From Dehalococcoidia bacterium (lineage in GTDB: Bacteria; Chloroflexota; Dehalococcoidia; UBA2979): a stretch of DNA of 64,000 nt. Each line of letters begins with the position of its first letter. The first letter of the stretch is position 1. The stretch lies in the NCBI GenBank assembly GCA_050250415.1, contig JBFWOO010000003.1:67491-131490 (forward strand). Direction: 5' to 3'. A program made the translations under genes and the position numbers. Shown piece after piece: positions 17,545-30,623 of the stretch. The notes beneath the pieces are model-generated. The model saw nothing but the letters and a program-made list of their open reading frames with translations. It did no database searches and was not told where the DNA came from.

Positions 17545-19221
17545 ATGCTCGCCCACCGCCGCGCGGTCCTCGAGGGGATCTACATCGCCGCCGAGGCGAT
17601 CGCGTGGTTCCTCGTGATCGCGGTGGTCGCGTCGCTGATCGAGCGATCGTTCCTCGAAGCGCTGGCGCAGCGGCTTCAGCTCGACCTCGGCGTGGGGGAG
17701 GTGGCCGATCCCACCGCCGCCGAAGCCGTCCTCGCGCAGCTGGAGGCGGCGACCGCGAGCATCCGGTCCGGTCCGCCGCTGCTCGTCGTGTTCGCGGCGG
17801 CGGCGGGCGGGTTCCTGCTCATGCGCCTGGTGCCGCGGCTCGACCTGGGGCCGGGGCTGAGCTCGGCGGTGCTCGTCGCGGCGACGCTGCTCGGGGTGAA
17901 CCTGCTGCTGCACCTCGCGATCGGGGACCTCCGCCTGTGGGACCCGTCGGGCGTGGTGCGGCTGCTGGACGATCCGGCGTCGCAGGTCGCGAGCGGCGTG
18001 GACCTCGATGCGTTCGTGGCCGACCCGGACATCGATGGTCCGCACGCCGGAGCGCTGGGCGTGACCCTGCTGGGCCTCACGCTGGTGTGGTTCCGCTTCA
18101 TGCTCGCCGCGCGCTCGCGCGTGGGGATGGACCGGATGGCGCGCTCGTTCACGATCTCGTTCATCGCGGTGCTCGTGGCGCTGTTCGTGGGGCGGATCGG
18201 TGGGGCGGCCGTGGCCGGCGCCTACGCCGTCCCGCAGTTCGTGCTGGCGATGCTGGGGCTGGCGGTGGCGAATCACGAGCGGGCCGTGCCGGCGGCGGAC
18301 GCCGAGGACCGCGCGACGCCGTGGGTGACCTCGGTCGGCGGGACGCTCGGACTGCTGCTGGCCGCCGCCGGCGTGATCGCGCTGCTCGCCTACCTCGACT
18401 TCGGCGTGGTGCTGTCGGCGGCGGGGGACGTGTTCCTCGTCCTGCTGGAGTTCGCCGTCATCATCATCGTGACGCCGATCTACTGGATCGTGTCGAACGC
18501 GATCGCCGGGGTGCTCGCGCTGCTCGCGTTCGTGTTCGGGACGCCCGAGGAGCTCCCGGAGATCCTGCGGGAGCCGCTGACCCCGGCCGACCTGGGCCTC
18601 GAGGAAGGGCAGGACGGCGCCCTGGGCGCCCCCGGCTGGGTCGTGGACAGCCTCAAGTTCTTCGCGTTCGTCGGCGTCGTGTACGCGATGTACCTCGTGG
18701 GGCGGCGGATCCTCGTCTCGCGCCAGCGCGAGCCCGTAGCCGTGATGGAGCAGCGCGTGCGGCGGGCGGGGGGCGCGAGCTTCGGGCAACTGCTGCAGGA
18801 CCTCGTGAGCTTCCGCCGCGCGCCGGACGCCGACCGCTGGATGAACGCACGGCCGGCCTATCGCCTGTTCGGGCGGGCGCTCGCGATCTCACGAGAGCGC
18901 GGGCTGACGATGCTTCCCTCCGAGACGCCGGACGAGTTCGCCCACTCGGCGATCGTGCACCTCGGGTCGCCGCCGGTGGCGGACGTGGCGCGGCTGTTCG
19001 AGCGAGCGCGGTTCGGGCGTCACGACCCGGAGGATGCCGAGCTGCGGAACGCGGCGCGGGCGCTGGACCAGTGGGACGCGTCCAACCCGCCGACCGAGGA
19101 GCTGCGCGCGCGCATCCGGGGGCACCGGCCGATCTCTGAGGTGGACAGCATCCGCCTCAAGCTCTCGATGGCGAAGCGCGGCCTGAACGCGACGGACGAG
19201 GGCATCCTCCGCGGCGAGTAG
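17545..19221 (+). CDS. Membrane protein with a C-terminal DUF4129 domain
   Basis: Starts 3 nt after the DUF58 stop. Multiple TM helices, and the C-terminus (...ARPAYRLFGRALAISRERGLTMLPSETPDEFAHSAI...ARLFERARFGRHDP...) resembles DUF4129. The upstream 17113-17544 part of the six-frame ORF overlaps DUF58 and is rejected. Confidence 0.7.
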   Translation: MLAHRRAVLEGIYIAAEAIAWFLVIAVVASLIERSFLEALAQRLQLDLGVGEVADPTAAEAVLAQLEAATASIRSGPPLLVVFAAAAGGFLLMRLVPRLDLGPGLSSAVLVAATLLGVNLLLHLAIGDLRLWDPSGVVRLLDDPASQVASGVDLDAFVADPDIDGPHAGALGVTLLGLTLVWFRFMLAARSRVGMDRMARSFTISFIAVLVALFVGRIGGAAVAGAYAVPQFVLAMLGLAVANHERAVPAADAEDRATPWVTSVGGTLGLLLAAAGVIALLAYLDFGVVLSAAGDVFLVLLEFAVIIIVTPIYWIVSNAIAGVLALLAFVFGTPEELPEILREPLTPADLGLEEGQDGALGAPGWVVDSLKFFAFVGVVYAMYLVGRRILVSRQREPVAVMEQRVRRAGGASFGQLLQDLVSFRRAPDADRWMNARPAYRLFGRALAISRERGLTMLPSETPDEFAHSAIVHLGSPPVADVARLFERARFGRHDPEDAELRNAARALDQWDASNPPTEELRARIRGHRPISEVDSIRLKLSMAKRGLNATDEGILRGE

Positions 19222-19318
19222 CGGTGAAGCGGCCGCCGCCGCGAGTAGCGGACGAGCAGCGCGCGACGTAGCCTGATCGGGCGGTCCACCCGGCGGGGTT
19301 CCCGCGGAGGCGCAGCGC

Positions 19319-20134
19319 ATGGCAGCCCGCGTCGGCATCTTCGACTCAGGCGTCGGAGGCCTCTCCGTCGTCGCCGCCCTCCACCGTCACCAGCCGTCCC
19401 TGGACATCACCTACGTCGCCGACACGGCGTTCTTCCCGTATGGCGGGCGGGACGCGAGCGAGGTCGCCGAGCGCGCCCGCGCGCTCACGCAGATGCTCGT
19501 CGCCCGGAACATCGACGCGCTGGTCGTGGCGTGCAACACGGCGTCCTCGGCCGCGCTCGAGCTGCTCCGGGAGGAGTTCGACCTGCCGATCATCGGCATG
19601 GAGCCGCCGCTGAAGCCCGCCGTGGAGGCGAGCCGGAGCGGCGTCGTCGCGGTCCTCGCCACGCCGGGGACGGCCGCCGGGCAACGCATGGCACGGCTGC
19701 ACGAGCGATTCGGCACGGAGAAGCGGGTGCACATCCTCCCCATGCCCGGCCTCGCGGACCTCGTCGAGGCGGGCGAGGTGGAGGGCGCTCGGGTGGAGGC
19801 GATGATCCGCGAGGCGCTCGTCGAGCCGCTGGACGCCGGCCTGGACGCGCTGGCGCTCGGCTGCACCCACTACGGGTTCCTCCGCCCGGTGCTGTCGCGC
19901 CTGCTGCCGGAGGAGGTGCGCGTGATCGACGCTGCCGATCCGGTGGCGCGGCGGACGCGCGCCGTCCTCGCGGAGCTGGGGTTCGACCCCGACGCGGCGG
20001 GGGAGCCGCGCGAAGTGCTCTGTTACGCTACCGGCGACCCCGCCGGGCTGGAGGCGACCATCGAAGGCCTCCGCCGCGGGGGAGCGGCGCTCCCCCCGCT
20101 GAACGTTGGACGGCCCGAGCTGGAGACCGCCTGA
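19319..20134 (+). CDS. murI: Glutamate racemase
   Basis: VGIFDSGVGGLSV...VVACNTASS...LGCTHYGF are MurI signatures. Confidence 0.9.
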   Translation: MAARVGIFDSGVGGLSVVAALHRHQPSLDITYVADTAFFPYGGRDASEVAERARALTQMLVARNIDALVVACNTASSAALELLREEFDLPIIGMEPPLKPAVEASRSGVVAVLATPGTAAGQRMARLHERFGTEKRVHILPMPGLADLVEAGEVEGARVEAMIREALVEPLDAGLDALALGCTHYGFLRPVLSRLLPEEVRVIDAADPVARRTRAVLAELGFDPDAAGEPREVLCYATGDPAGLEATIEGLRRGGAALPPLNVGRPELETA

Positions 20135-20155
20135 GCGGCCTCGCCCGAGGGAGAG

Positions 20156-20974
20156 ATGACCACCACGAACGCCACCTTCACCGACAAGTTCCGGGGCGCC
20201 GCCGCCCGGAACCACTCGCTCCTCTGCGTCGGGCTCGACCCGGACGCGTCGAAGATCCCAGCCGGGGTCTCCGCGCGGGACTTTCTCTTCGGGCTCGTCG
20301 ACGCGACCCACGACACGGTCTGCGCCTACAAGCCGAACATAGCCTTCTTCGAGCCCGACCTGGCGGAGGGGATCACGCTGCTGCGTGACCTGATCGCCTA
20401 CATCCAGCGCCACGAGGTGCCGGTGCTGCTGGACGCGAAGCGTGGCGACGTGGGCCACACCGCGGAGGCGTACGCCCGCGCGATCTACGACTCGCTGGGC
20501 GCGGACGCGGTCACGCTCAACGCGTACCTCGGACGCGACAGCCTGGAGCCGTTCCTGCGGAGGCCGGACCGGATGGCGTTCCTGCTGTGCCGGACCTCGA
20601 ATCCCGGGGCGGTGGACGTGCAGGACCTGCAGGTGGAGGGCCACCCGCTCTACGAGCACGTCGCTTACCTGGCGAACGAGTGGAACGAGCACGCGAACAT
20701 CGGCCTCGTCGTGGGGGCGACCTACCCGACGGAGGCGCGCCGGATCCGCGAGATCTGCCCCGCGCTGCCGTTCCTGATGCCCGGCGTCGGGGCGCAGTCG
20801 GCGGAGGTCGAAGCCGCGGTGCAGGCCGCCCTCGATGCGGACGGTGGCGGGATCCTGGTGAACGCGTCGCGGGGGGTGATGTACGCGCCGGCAGAGGATG
20901 GCCGCTGGGCGGACGCTTCGCGGCGCGCGGCGGAGTCGCTGCGCGACGAGATCAACGCCGCCGCCGCCCGCTAG
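20156..20974 (+). CDS. pyrF: Orotidine 5'-phosphate decarboxylase (type 2)
   Basis: LCVGLDPD...LLDAKRGDVGHTAEAYA...FLLCRTSNPG motifs. Confidence 0.9.
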   Translation: MTTTNATFTDKFRGAAARNHSLLCVGLDPDASKIPAGVSARDFLFGLVDATHDTVCAYKPNIAFFEPDLAEGITLLRDLIAYIQRHEVPVLLDAKRGDVGHTAEAYARAIYDSLGADAVTLNAYLGRDSLEPFLRRPDRMAFLLCRTSNPGAVDVQDLQVEGHPLYEHVAYLANEWNEHANIGLVVGATYPTEARRIREICPALPFLMPGVGAQSAEVEAAVQAALDADGGGILVNASRGVMYAPAEDGRWADASRRAAESLRDEINAAAAR

Positions 20975-20984
20975 GTCGACCTCG

Positions 20985-21284
20985 ATGCCCGAGCCGCCCG
21001 CGGACCCGATGGACCTGCGGATGGGCGACGTCGTGCGTCTCCGGAAGCCGCACCCGTGTGGTGGGACGGACTGGGAGGTGGTAAGGCTCGGTGGCGACAT
21101 CGGGCTGCGCTGTCTCACGTGCGACCGCCGCGTGATCCTCGAGCGCCCGGTGTTACGGCGGCGGATCAAGCAGTTCGTCTCCCGCGGCGAGGCGCTCGCG
21201 CCCGAGGTGGAGCGGGCGCTCTACGGGGCGGGCGCGGACGCGGACGACAGCGAGGCGGCCCACGGGGGGATCGGGCAAACGTAA
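20985..21284 (+). CDS. DUF951-like small protein
   Basis: MGDVVRLRKPHPCGGTDWEVVRLGGDIGLRCLTCDRRVILERPVLRRRIK fits the DUF951 pattern. The ATG at 20985 follows pyrF. Confidence 0.55.
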   Translation: MPEPPADPMDLRMGDVVRLRKPHPCGGTDWEVVRLGGDIGLRCLTCDRRVILERPVLRRRIKQFVSRGEALAPEVERALYGAGADADDSEAAHGGIGQT

Positions 21285-21408
21285 CGGGAGCGACACGCCC
21301 CGCCTCGTCGGATTCGTTGACCGGGCCTCCGGGCGATTCCTACACTCGACTCACGGTCCTCGCCTCGTGACACCGCACGAACGGCTCGAGGACTGACGGG
21401 GGTTCTCG

Positions 21409-21942
21409 TTGCGCGAACTCATCATCGACTCGATCCGCGTTGGGCTCCGGCACTACCGCCGCGTGGTGGTGCTGAAGGAGAAGGACGCCGACCGCTACAT
21501 CACGATCTGGATCGGCTCCGACGTCGCGGACGCGATCGCGGTGAAGTTGCAGGACGTCGCCGTCCCGCGCCCGCAGTCGCATGACCTGATGCTGACGCTG
21601 GTGACGGAGCTGGGCGGACGCCTCACGAAGGTGAGCGTGACCGACCTCCGCGAGGACACCTTCTTCGCCACCCTGCACATCGAGGTGGACGGCCGGGAGA
21701 TCGAGGTCGACTCGCGGCCCTCGGACGCGATCGCCCTGGCGGTGCGCGCCGAGGTGCCGATCTACGCGAGCGAGGACGTCCTCGACCGCGCCGGGATCAT
21801 CCTCGACGAGGTGGACGAGGACGAGGCGCCGGAGGGCGGCGACCAGCCGACCCCACCGACGCAGGAGGAGCTGGAGAAGCTCGCCGTGTTCCGGGACTTC
21901 GTCGCCGGGCTGGACCTCGACGACCTCGGCAAGTCCGAGTAA
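21409..21942 (+). CDS. Bifunctional nuclease (BFN/DUF151) family protein
   Basis: The N-terminal domain (...YITIWIGSDVADAIAVKLQDVAVPRPQSHDLMLTLVTELGGRL...DTFFATLHIEVDGREIEVDSRPSDAIALAVRAEVPIY) matches DUF151. TTG start with ACGGGGG upstream. Confidence 0.7.
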   Translation: MRELIIDSIRVGLRHYRRVVVLKEKDADRYITIWIGSDVADAIAVKLQDVAVPRPQSHDLMLTLVTELGGRLTKVSVTDLREDTFFATLHIEVDGREIEVDSRPSDAIALAVRAEVPIYASEDVLDRAGIILDEVDEDEAPEGGDQPTPPTQEELEKLAVFRDFVAGLDLDDLGKSE

Positions 21943-22031
21943 CGCCCCTCGAACCGCAGGCGATCCGCGCCGGGACGGTGCTTCGAGGCTGTGCGGGAAT
22001 ACCCTGTTTCGTGCATTCACTCACAAGTCAG

Positions 22032-22060
22032 TTGATCCACTGATCCCGGTCTGATAGGGT
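22032..22060 (+). promoter_or_regulatory. Candidate promoter of the ATP synthase operon (TTGATC-17 bp-TAGGGT)
   Basis: TTGATC at 22032-22037, a 17-nt spacer, and TAGGGT at 22055-22060. This lies about 45 bp upstream of atpZ. Confidence 0.35.
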
Positions 22061-22102
22061 TCCGCTCGGCCTCGAACCGGGCAGGCTCGGTGAGGTGAGG
22101 CC

Positions 22103-22330
22103 ATGCTCAGGTCGCCGGCACTCAGATTGATCGGTATCGGCTTCTCCCTCGCCTTCTGGATCGTGGGGGGAGCGCTTCTGGGTGACTGGCTGGACGGAAA
22201 ATTCGAAACGACGCCAGTGATCACGCTGGCGTTGCTCATGCTCGGGATGCTGATCGGCTTCTATGACGCGTACCGCCGCCTGCGGGAAGTCATCGAGCTG
22301 ACCAGCCGGAGTAACCGGAAGGGTCGCTGA
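22103..22330 (+). CDS. atpZ: AtpZ/AtpI-family small membrane protein
   Basis: 75 aa with two TM helices. Its stop overlaps the atpB start (TGATGA). Confidence 0.6.
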   Translation: MLRSPALRLIGIGFSLAFWIVGGALLGDWLDGKFETTPVITLALLMLGMLIGFYDAYRRLREVIELTSRSNRKGR

Positions 22331-23553
22331 TGAAGGGGCTGCTCATCGCTGCCGGAGTCATCGCACTCATGGCCCTGGGCTTCATCTTCCTCAAGCTGCC
22401 GCCCCCGGTGATCATCGTGGCGCCGGAGACGGTGTTCCACGCTCCGGGCCTGGACATCACCAACACCATGTTCACCTCCTGGATCGTGGTGACGATCCTG
22501 GTGGTGACCGCGATCCTCGTCGGCCCGAAGGCGAGCGTGGTGCCGTCCGGCTTCTACGGGTACATCGAAGCCGCCGTGATGGCGCTCTACAACATCGTGG
22601 AGCAGGTGGCCGGCCCGGAGAACGGGCGCCGCTTCTTCCCGCTGGTCGGCACGATCTTCTTCTACATCCTGGTCTCCAACTACTTCGGCCTGCTGCCGAT
22701 GAACGCCGTGATCGGCGTCCCGGAGCCGAACCACGGCGACACGCAGGCGGTCTTCTCCCAGACGACCGTCGCGGGCATCGACCTGGCCTACCTCCCGCTG
22801 CAGGTCGACACGGTGGACATCGCCGCCGGTGAGCACCCGCTGCTCCCGGAGGGCGTGGAGCTGAGCCACGGCGACGAGAGCCACGCCGAGGAAGGCGAGC
22901 ACTCCGAGGGCGCCGAGGGCGAAGCCACCGGCACGTCCGAGAGCCACGGCGCGGTCATCGGCGCGACGAGCGCGTCGCTGGTGTCCGCGGTCCCGGGTGG
23001 CGTGGACGGCAGCCTGGCGGTCTCCGCCGAGGCGGAGGAGTTCGAGCGCACGACGGACGGCCGGTTCTCCGGCATCCTGGCGCCGTACTTCCGCTCGGTG
23101 ATGACGGACATCACCGCGCCGCTCGCGATCGCGATCTTCTCGTTCATCTTCGTGGAGTTCTGGGGCCTGCAGACGCTGGGCCTCGGCTACCTCGGCAAGT
23201 TCTTCGCGTTCGGCGCCATCAAGAAGGGCCCGCTGGGGATCATCGACATCTTCGTCGGCATCCTCGAGCTGGTGTCGGAGTTCAGCCGGATCGTGTCGTT
23301 CACGTTCCGTCTCTTCGGCAACATCTTCGCCGGCGAAGTGCTGCTGCTGATGATGACGTTCCTGGTGCCGTTCCTCCTGGTGGACGTGTTCTACGGCCTG
23401 GAACTGTTCGTCGGCCTCATCCAGGCGTTCGTGTTCGCCATGCTGACCACGGTGTTCGCGGTCACGGCGGTGTCGCACCACGGCGGCGAGCACGATGAGC
23501 ACGGCGAGCACGGGGGAGACCCCTCGCATGCAGGGCACGCACCCGCGCACTAG
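22330..23553 (+). CDS. atpB: F0F1 ATP synthase subunit a, unusually long with an internal acidic/His-rich insertion and a His-rich C-terminal tail
   Basis: Conserved a-subunit segments (…SFTFRLFGNIFAGEVLL…, …LIQAFVFAMLTTVF…). There is an insertion of about 130 aa (HGDTQAVF…ELSHGDESHAEEGEHSEGAEGEATGTSESHG…AEEFERTTDGRF) and a tail HHGGEHDEHGEHGGDPSHAGHAPAH. 407 aa against the usual 230-270. Confidence 0.9.
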   Translation: MKGLLIAAGVIALMALGFIFLKLPPPVIIVAPETVFHAPGLDITNTMFTSWIVVTILVVTAILVGPKASVVPSGFYGYIEAAVMALYNIVEQVAGPENGRRFFPLVGTIFFYILVSNYFGLLPMNAVIGVPEPNHGDTQAVFSQTTVAGIDLAYLPLQVDTVDIAAGEHPLLPEGVELSHGDESHAEEGEHSEGAEGEATGTSESHGAVIGATSASLVSAVPGGVDGSLAVSAEAEEFERTTDGRFSGILAPYFRSVMTDITAPLAIAIFSFIFVEFWGLQTLGLGYLGKFFAFGAIKKGPLGIIDIFVGILELVSEFSRIVSFTFRLFGNIFAGEVLLLMMTFLVPFLLVDVFYGLELFVGLIQAFVFAMLTTVFAVTAVSHHGGEHDEHGEHGGDPSHAGHAPAH

Positions 23554-23590
23554 GCATCAAGCAGGGCGCCAGGGTTCGTCAAAGTAGTGA

Positions 23591-23995
<405 letters not shown>

Positions 23996-24102
23996 GAGAC
24001 GGACCGAGACCAATCGCGGATGACCGTCCGTCCGCCGGCGGTCCGCCTGCTCCGGCAGGCGCCGCCGGCGGCACGGGAACCATCCCGGCGAGGAGCGAGC
24101 CA

Positions 24103-24717
24103 GTGAAGACGCTGCAGACGATGAGCCGAAGGTGGGCAGCTGCCCTGGGCGTTGGCGCCCTGCTGGCAGTGGCGCCTGCGTCCGCGCACGCGGCCGAGGA
24201 GGCCAGCGGCATTGCCGCGCTGGGCCTCAACCTGCCCGGCCTGATCGCCCAGCTGGTCAACTTCACGATCCTCCTGATCGTCCTGCGGCTGTTCCTGTTC
24301 AAGCCGATCATGAAGGTGGTCGACGAACGGAAGCGCCGCATTGAGGAAGGCCTGCAGGCCTCCGAGCAGGCGGCCCACGCCGCCGAGCAGAGCCAGGAAG
24401 AGTCCCGCCGCGCGCTTGAAGAGGCGCGTGCCGAGGGGCGCGAACTGATTCAGCGCGCTCAGGAGACCTCCGCCCGGCTCCGCGAGGAGCTGGAGACGCA
24501 GGCCCGCCGTGACGCCCAGCAGATCGTGGACCGTGCCCGGGCGGAGATGGAGCTGGAGAGCCAGCGCGCCATCCAGGCCCTCCGCGCCGAGTTCGCCGAC
24601 CTGACGGTCCGCGCCGCCGAGCGCGTCGTGGGCCAGTCGCTCGACCGAGACGCGCACCAGCGCCTGATCGACGAGGTCCTCGTGAACTCGTCGTTCGGCC
24701 GGGACGGGAACAACTAA
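24103..24717 (+). CDS. atpF: F0F1 ATP synthase subunit b
   Basis: Single N-terminal TM helix (…LVNFTILLIVLRLFLFKPIMKVVDERKRRIEEGL…) followed by a long coiled coil. GTG at 24103 with GAGGAG upstream. The upstream part of the six-frame ORF overlaps atpE and is rejected. Confidence 0.85.
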   Translation: MKTLQTMSRRWAAALGVGALLAVAPASAHAAEEASGIAALGLNLPGLIAQLVNFTILLIVLRLFLFKPIMKVVDERKRRIEEGLQASEQAAHAAEQSQEESRRALEEARAEGRELIQRAQETSARLREELETQARRDAQQIVDRARAEMELESQRAIQALRAEFADLTVRAAERVVGQSLDRDAHQRLIDEVLVNSSFGRDGNN

Positions 24718-25266
24718 ATGCCCGCCCCGCGTGACGTCGCCGGCCGCCGCTACGCCCTGGCGATCATGGACATCGCCCGGGCGGAGGGAAACCTCGACGC
24801 GTGGCTCGAGGCCGCGGACGCCCTGGAGGCGCTCACGGCAGAGCCGCGGTTCGTCGCGGCGCTGCAGGCGGACGGCATGACCGATGACAAGTTCATCGGG
24901 ATCGTCCGTCGCGTCCTGCCGAACGCGACGGAGAAGCAGTTGAACGTCTTCCGCCTGCTGCGGCGGAAGTCGCGGTTGTCGCTCGGGCCGTCCATCGCTT
25001 CCTACCTCCGCGACCTGGCGGACGAGGAGCGAGGCGTGCTCCGCGCCGTGGTGACCACGGCGGTGGAGCTGGACCCGCAGCGGATCGAGGCCGTGCGCCA
25101 GCGGATCGTCCAGACGACGGGCCGCACGCAGGTCGAGCTGGAAGCGCGCGTGGATCCGTCCATCCTGGGTGGGATGGTGATCCGCATCGGCGACCAGCTG
25201 CTGGATGGCTCCACCCGGGCGCGGCTGCAGGAGCTGCGTTCGTCGCTGGAGCGAGCGGCTTCCTAG
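24718..25266 (+). CDS. atpH: F0F1 ATP synthase subunit delta
   Basis: OSCP/delta-like: …RYALAIMDIARAEGNLDAWLEA…; C-terminus …GGMVIRIGDQLLDGSTRARLQELR. Confidence 0.85.
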   Translation: MPAPRDVAGRRYALAIMDIARAEGNLDAWLEAADALEALTAEPRFVAALQADGMTDDKFIGIVRRVLPNATEKQLNVFRLLRRKSRLSLGPSIASYLRDLADEERGVLRAVVTTAVELDPQRIEAVRQRIVQTTGRTQVELEARVDPSILGGMVIRIGDQLLDGSTRARLQELRSSLERAAS

Positions 25267-25396
25267 CCACCGTCGCCCCGCAGGCGGGGCAACGGCAGAC
25301 TGCCTCCCAGGTGGGCGCATACTGGGAGCAACGAAACACAGACGCCGTCCCGCCCCTCGGTTCGAGGCAGGCGGGCGACGGGAACGAGGGTGACCG

Positions 25397-26926
<1,530 letters not shown>

Positions 26927-26978
26927 GCGCGCAAGCGTCCAGGCGAATACCGGCGACGGGTAGAGGAAGAGACACGAC

Positions 26979-27881
26979 ATGGCGGGCGGCGGCAGCGTAC
27001 GAGCCATCCGCGACCGCATTCGGTCGGTCCGGAGCACAGCCAAGGTCACGCGGGCGATGGAGCTCGTCGCGGCCTCGAAGATGCGCCGCGCGCAGGACAA
27101 CGCCCTGCGGGCGCGTCCGTACGCGGAGCAGATGGTGAGCGTCCTGTCGCGCCTCGCGGCCGGGGCGGGGGAGGGCGCGGCTTCGACCGCGCACCCGCTG
27201 CTGGAGAACCGCGAGGTGAAGTCGGTCCTGTACGTGCACATCACGGCGGACCGCGGCCTCGCGGGCGGCCTCAACGGCAACATGAACCGCGCGGGCGCGG
27301 CGCTGCTCCTGCAGTACCAGCCGGACGTGGAGCGCGTGGCCGTGCTGCCGGTGGGCCGCAAGGGCCGCGACTTCTTCCGCCGGTCCGGCATGGAGATCGT
27401 CGCTGACTTCTCGGAGCTGGGTGACTTCCCGAACTTCGAGGATGTCCGGCCGATCGCCCGGATCATCATGGACGACTTCCTGTCCGGGAAGGTCGACAAG
27501 GTGATCATCGGCTACCAGCGGTTCGTGAACGCCGCCATCCAGCGGCCGACGACGCTGCAGATCCTGCCCATCGAGCCGCCGGCCGCCGCGCAGGCGGACG
27601 AGTCGATGAAGAACGTCGAGTTCATCATCGAGCCGTCGCCCCAGGCGCTGCTGGACACGCTGCTTCCGCGGTTCGTGGAGATGCAGGTGTACGCGGCGGT
27701 GCTCGAGGCGCGCGCCTCCGAGCAGTCCGCCCGCATGGTCGCCATGCGGCAGGCGACGGATGCCGCGAACGAGATGGCTGCGGACCTCACGCTTGCCTAC
27801 AACAAGGCCCGCCAGGAGAGCATCACCGCCGAGCTCCTCGACCTCGTCGGGGGCGTGGCGGCGCTCGAATCGGCGAGTTAG
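26979..27881 (+). CDS. atpG: F0F1 ATP synthase subunit gamma
   Basis: IRDRIRSVRSTAKVTRAMELVAASKMRRAQ N-terminus and a gamma-subunit C-terminal helix. Confidence 0.95.
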   Translation: MAGGGSVRAIRDRIRSVRSTAKVTRAMELVAASKMRRAQDNALRARPYAEQMVSVLSRLAAGAGEGAASTAHPLLENREVKSVLYVHITADRGLAGGLNGNMNRAGAALLLQYQPDVERVAVLPVGRKGRDFFRRSGMEIVADFSELGDFPNFEDVRPIARIIMDDFLSGKVDKVIIGYQRFVNAAIQRPTTLQILPIEPPAAAQADESMKNVEFIIEPSPQALLDTLLPRFVEMQVYAAVLEARASEQSARMVAMRQATDAANEMAADLTLAYNKARQESITAELLDLVGGVAALESAS

Positions 27882-29342
<1,461 letters not shown>

Positions 29343-29383
29343 GCAGCCCCGCCAAGCCAGCGAGCGGACGGTAGGAGAACGAC

Positions 29384-29824
29384 ATGCCCCTGAGCCTGAA
29401 CATCGTGACGGCCCAGCGCTCGGTCCTGGAGCGGGACGACGTGACGAAGCTCGTCGTGCCCGCGGCCGAGGGGCAGATCACCATCCTGCCGAAGCACGCG
29501 GCGCTGCTCTCCGCGCTCGGCATCGGTGAGATGCTCGTCTTCCGCGGCAACACGGTGGAGCCGTACGTGATCCACGGCGGCTTCATCCAGGTCCTCAACG
29601 ACCAGGTCTCCGTCCTCGCCGACGCAGCCGAGCACGCCGAGGAGATCGACCTCGCGCGCGCCGAGGCGGCCCGCGACCGTGCGCAGCGGCGGCTGGCTGG
29701 CCAGGACAACGAGATCGCCCGGAGTGGCGTCGACGTCCTCCGTGCGCGTCTGGCGCTCTCGCGCGCGATGGCGCGCGTACGCGTCGCCCGCCGGCACCGC
29801 ACCGGCCAGCCCTCGATGCGCTAG
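29384..29824 (+). CDS. atpC: F0F1 ATP synthase subunit epsilon
   Basis: LNIVTAQRSVLERDDVTKLVVPAAEGQITILPKHAALLSAL is a typical epsilon beta-sandwich N-domain. Confidence 0.9.
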   Translation: MPLSLNIVTAQRSVLERDDVTKLVVPAAEGQITILPKHAALLSALGIGEMLVFRGNTVEPYVIHGGFIQVLNDQVSVLADAAEHAEEIDLARAEAARDRAQRRLAGQDNEIARSGVDVLRARLALSRAMARVRVARRHRTGQPSMR

Positions 29825-29865
29825 GCGTCCACGGGACGCATCCCGTTCAGGCACCGACACACGAA

Positions 29866-29892
29866 GGCCCGGCAGACGCCGGGCCTTTGTGT
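29866..29892 (+). terminator. Rho-independent terminator after the atp operon
   Basis: GGCCCGGC-agac-GCCGGGCC stem-loop followed by TTTGTGT. Confidence 0.6.
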
Positions 29893-30064
29893 CGCCTCCG
29901 ACCAGCGGCGTCCGAGGGCCCCCGGCACGTCACGGCTCCGCACGGGACGGGACCATCGGTCCCCTGCGGTCAGGACGTTCGCATCGCAACTACCTGTGGC
30001 CAGTGTGGCATCTTGCGCATGTCAGAGTTGTTCAGGCGTCGGGCGGCATGCTGGAGGTCATCTC

Positions 30065-30271
30065 ATGAGCGCACTGGTTGGTTTCATGAACGGTCCCGTC
30101 GGCCGGCTGGCGCGCGTCGCCCTCGGCGTCGCGATCATCATCACCGCCTTCACGGCGATGTCCGGCACCGCCGGCTGGATCGTCGCGGCCGTCGGCCTCG
30201 TGCCGATCGCGCTTGGCGTTTCGGGCCGTTGTCTGATCGAGGTGCTGCCAGGCGCCCGGAGTTCGCGCTGA
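30065..30271 (+). CDS. DUF2892-like small membrane protein (YgaP-like)
   Basis: MSALVGFMNGPVGRLARVALGVAIIITAF…GLVPIALGVSGRCL fits the DUF2892 two-helix pattern. Confidence 0.5.
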   Translation: MSALVGFMNGPVGRLARVALGVAIIITAFTAMSGTAGWIVAAVGLVPIALGVSGRCLIEVLPGARSSR

Positions 30272-30374
30272 CGCCTACGCGCGAGCGCCACGGCGCTGTG
30301 ACGCGGGCCGGCAGGGGGACCACGCGTCGGCGAGGTTCGTGCGGGTAGCCTCCTCCCACCGGGAGGAGGTCCGC

Positions 30375-30623
30375 ATGGGAGGCGTTCGACAGTTCCTGGT
30401 CACTCCGCTGGGGCGCGCGGCGCTCGTCGCGCTCGGGTTCCTGATCTTCCTCGTGACCTACGTCTTCTGGACGAGCGGTCCGGGCCTCTGGCTCGGGTTC
30501 GGCATCGGCCTCGCGGTCATGGTGATCCCGTTCGGCTTCGGCCGCGACGCCGCCGCGCGTAGCGAGGGCGGGCCGCGGAACCGCCCGACGGACGAGCCCG
30601 GCAGGCGCGGACGCCCGCGCTAA
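30375..30623 (+). CDS. Small hypothetical membrane protein
   Basis: Two hydrophobic helices. Start uncertain (ATG at 30339 or 30375). Confidence 0.3.
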   Translation: MGGVRQFLVTPLGRAALVALGFLIFLVTYVFWTSGPGLWLGFGIGLAVMVIPFGFGRDAAARSEGGPRNRPTDEPGRRGRPR

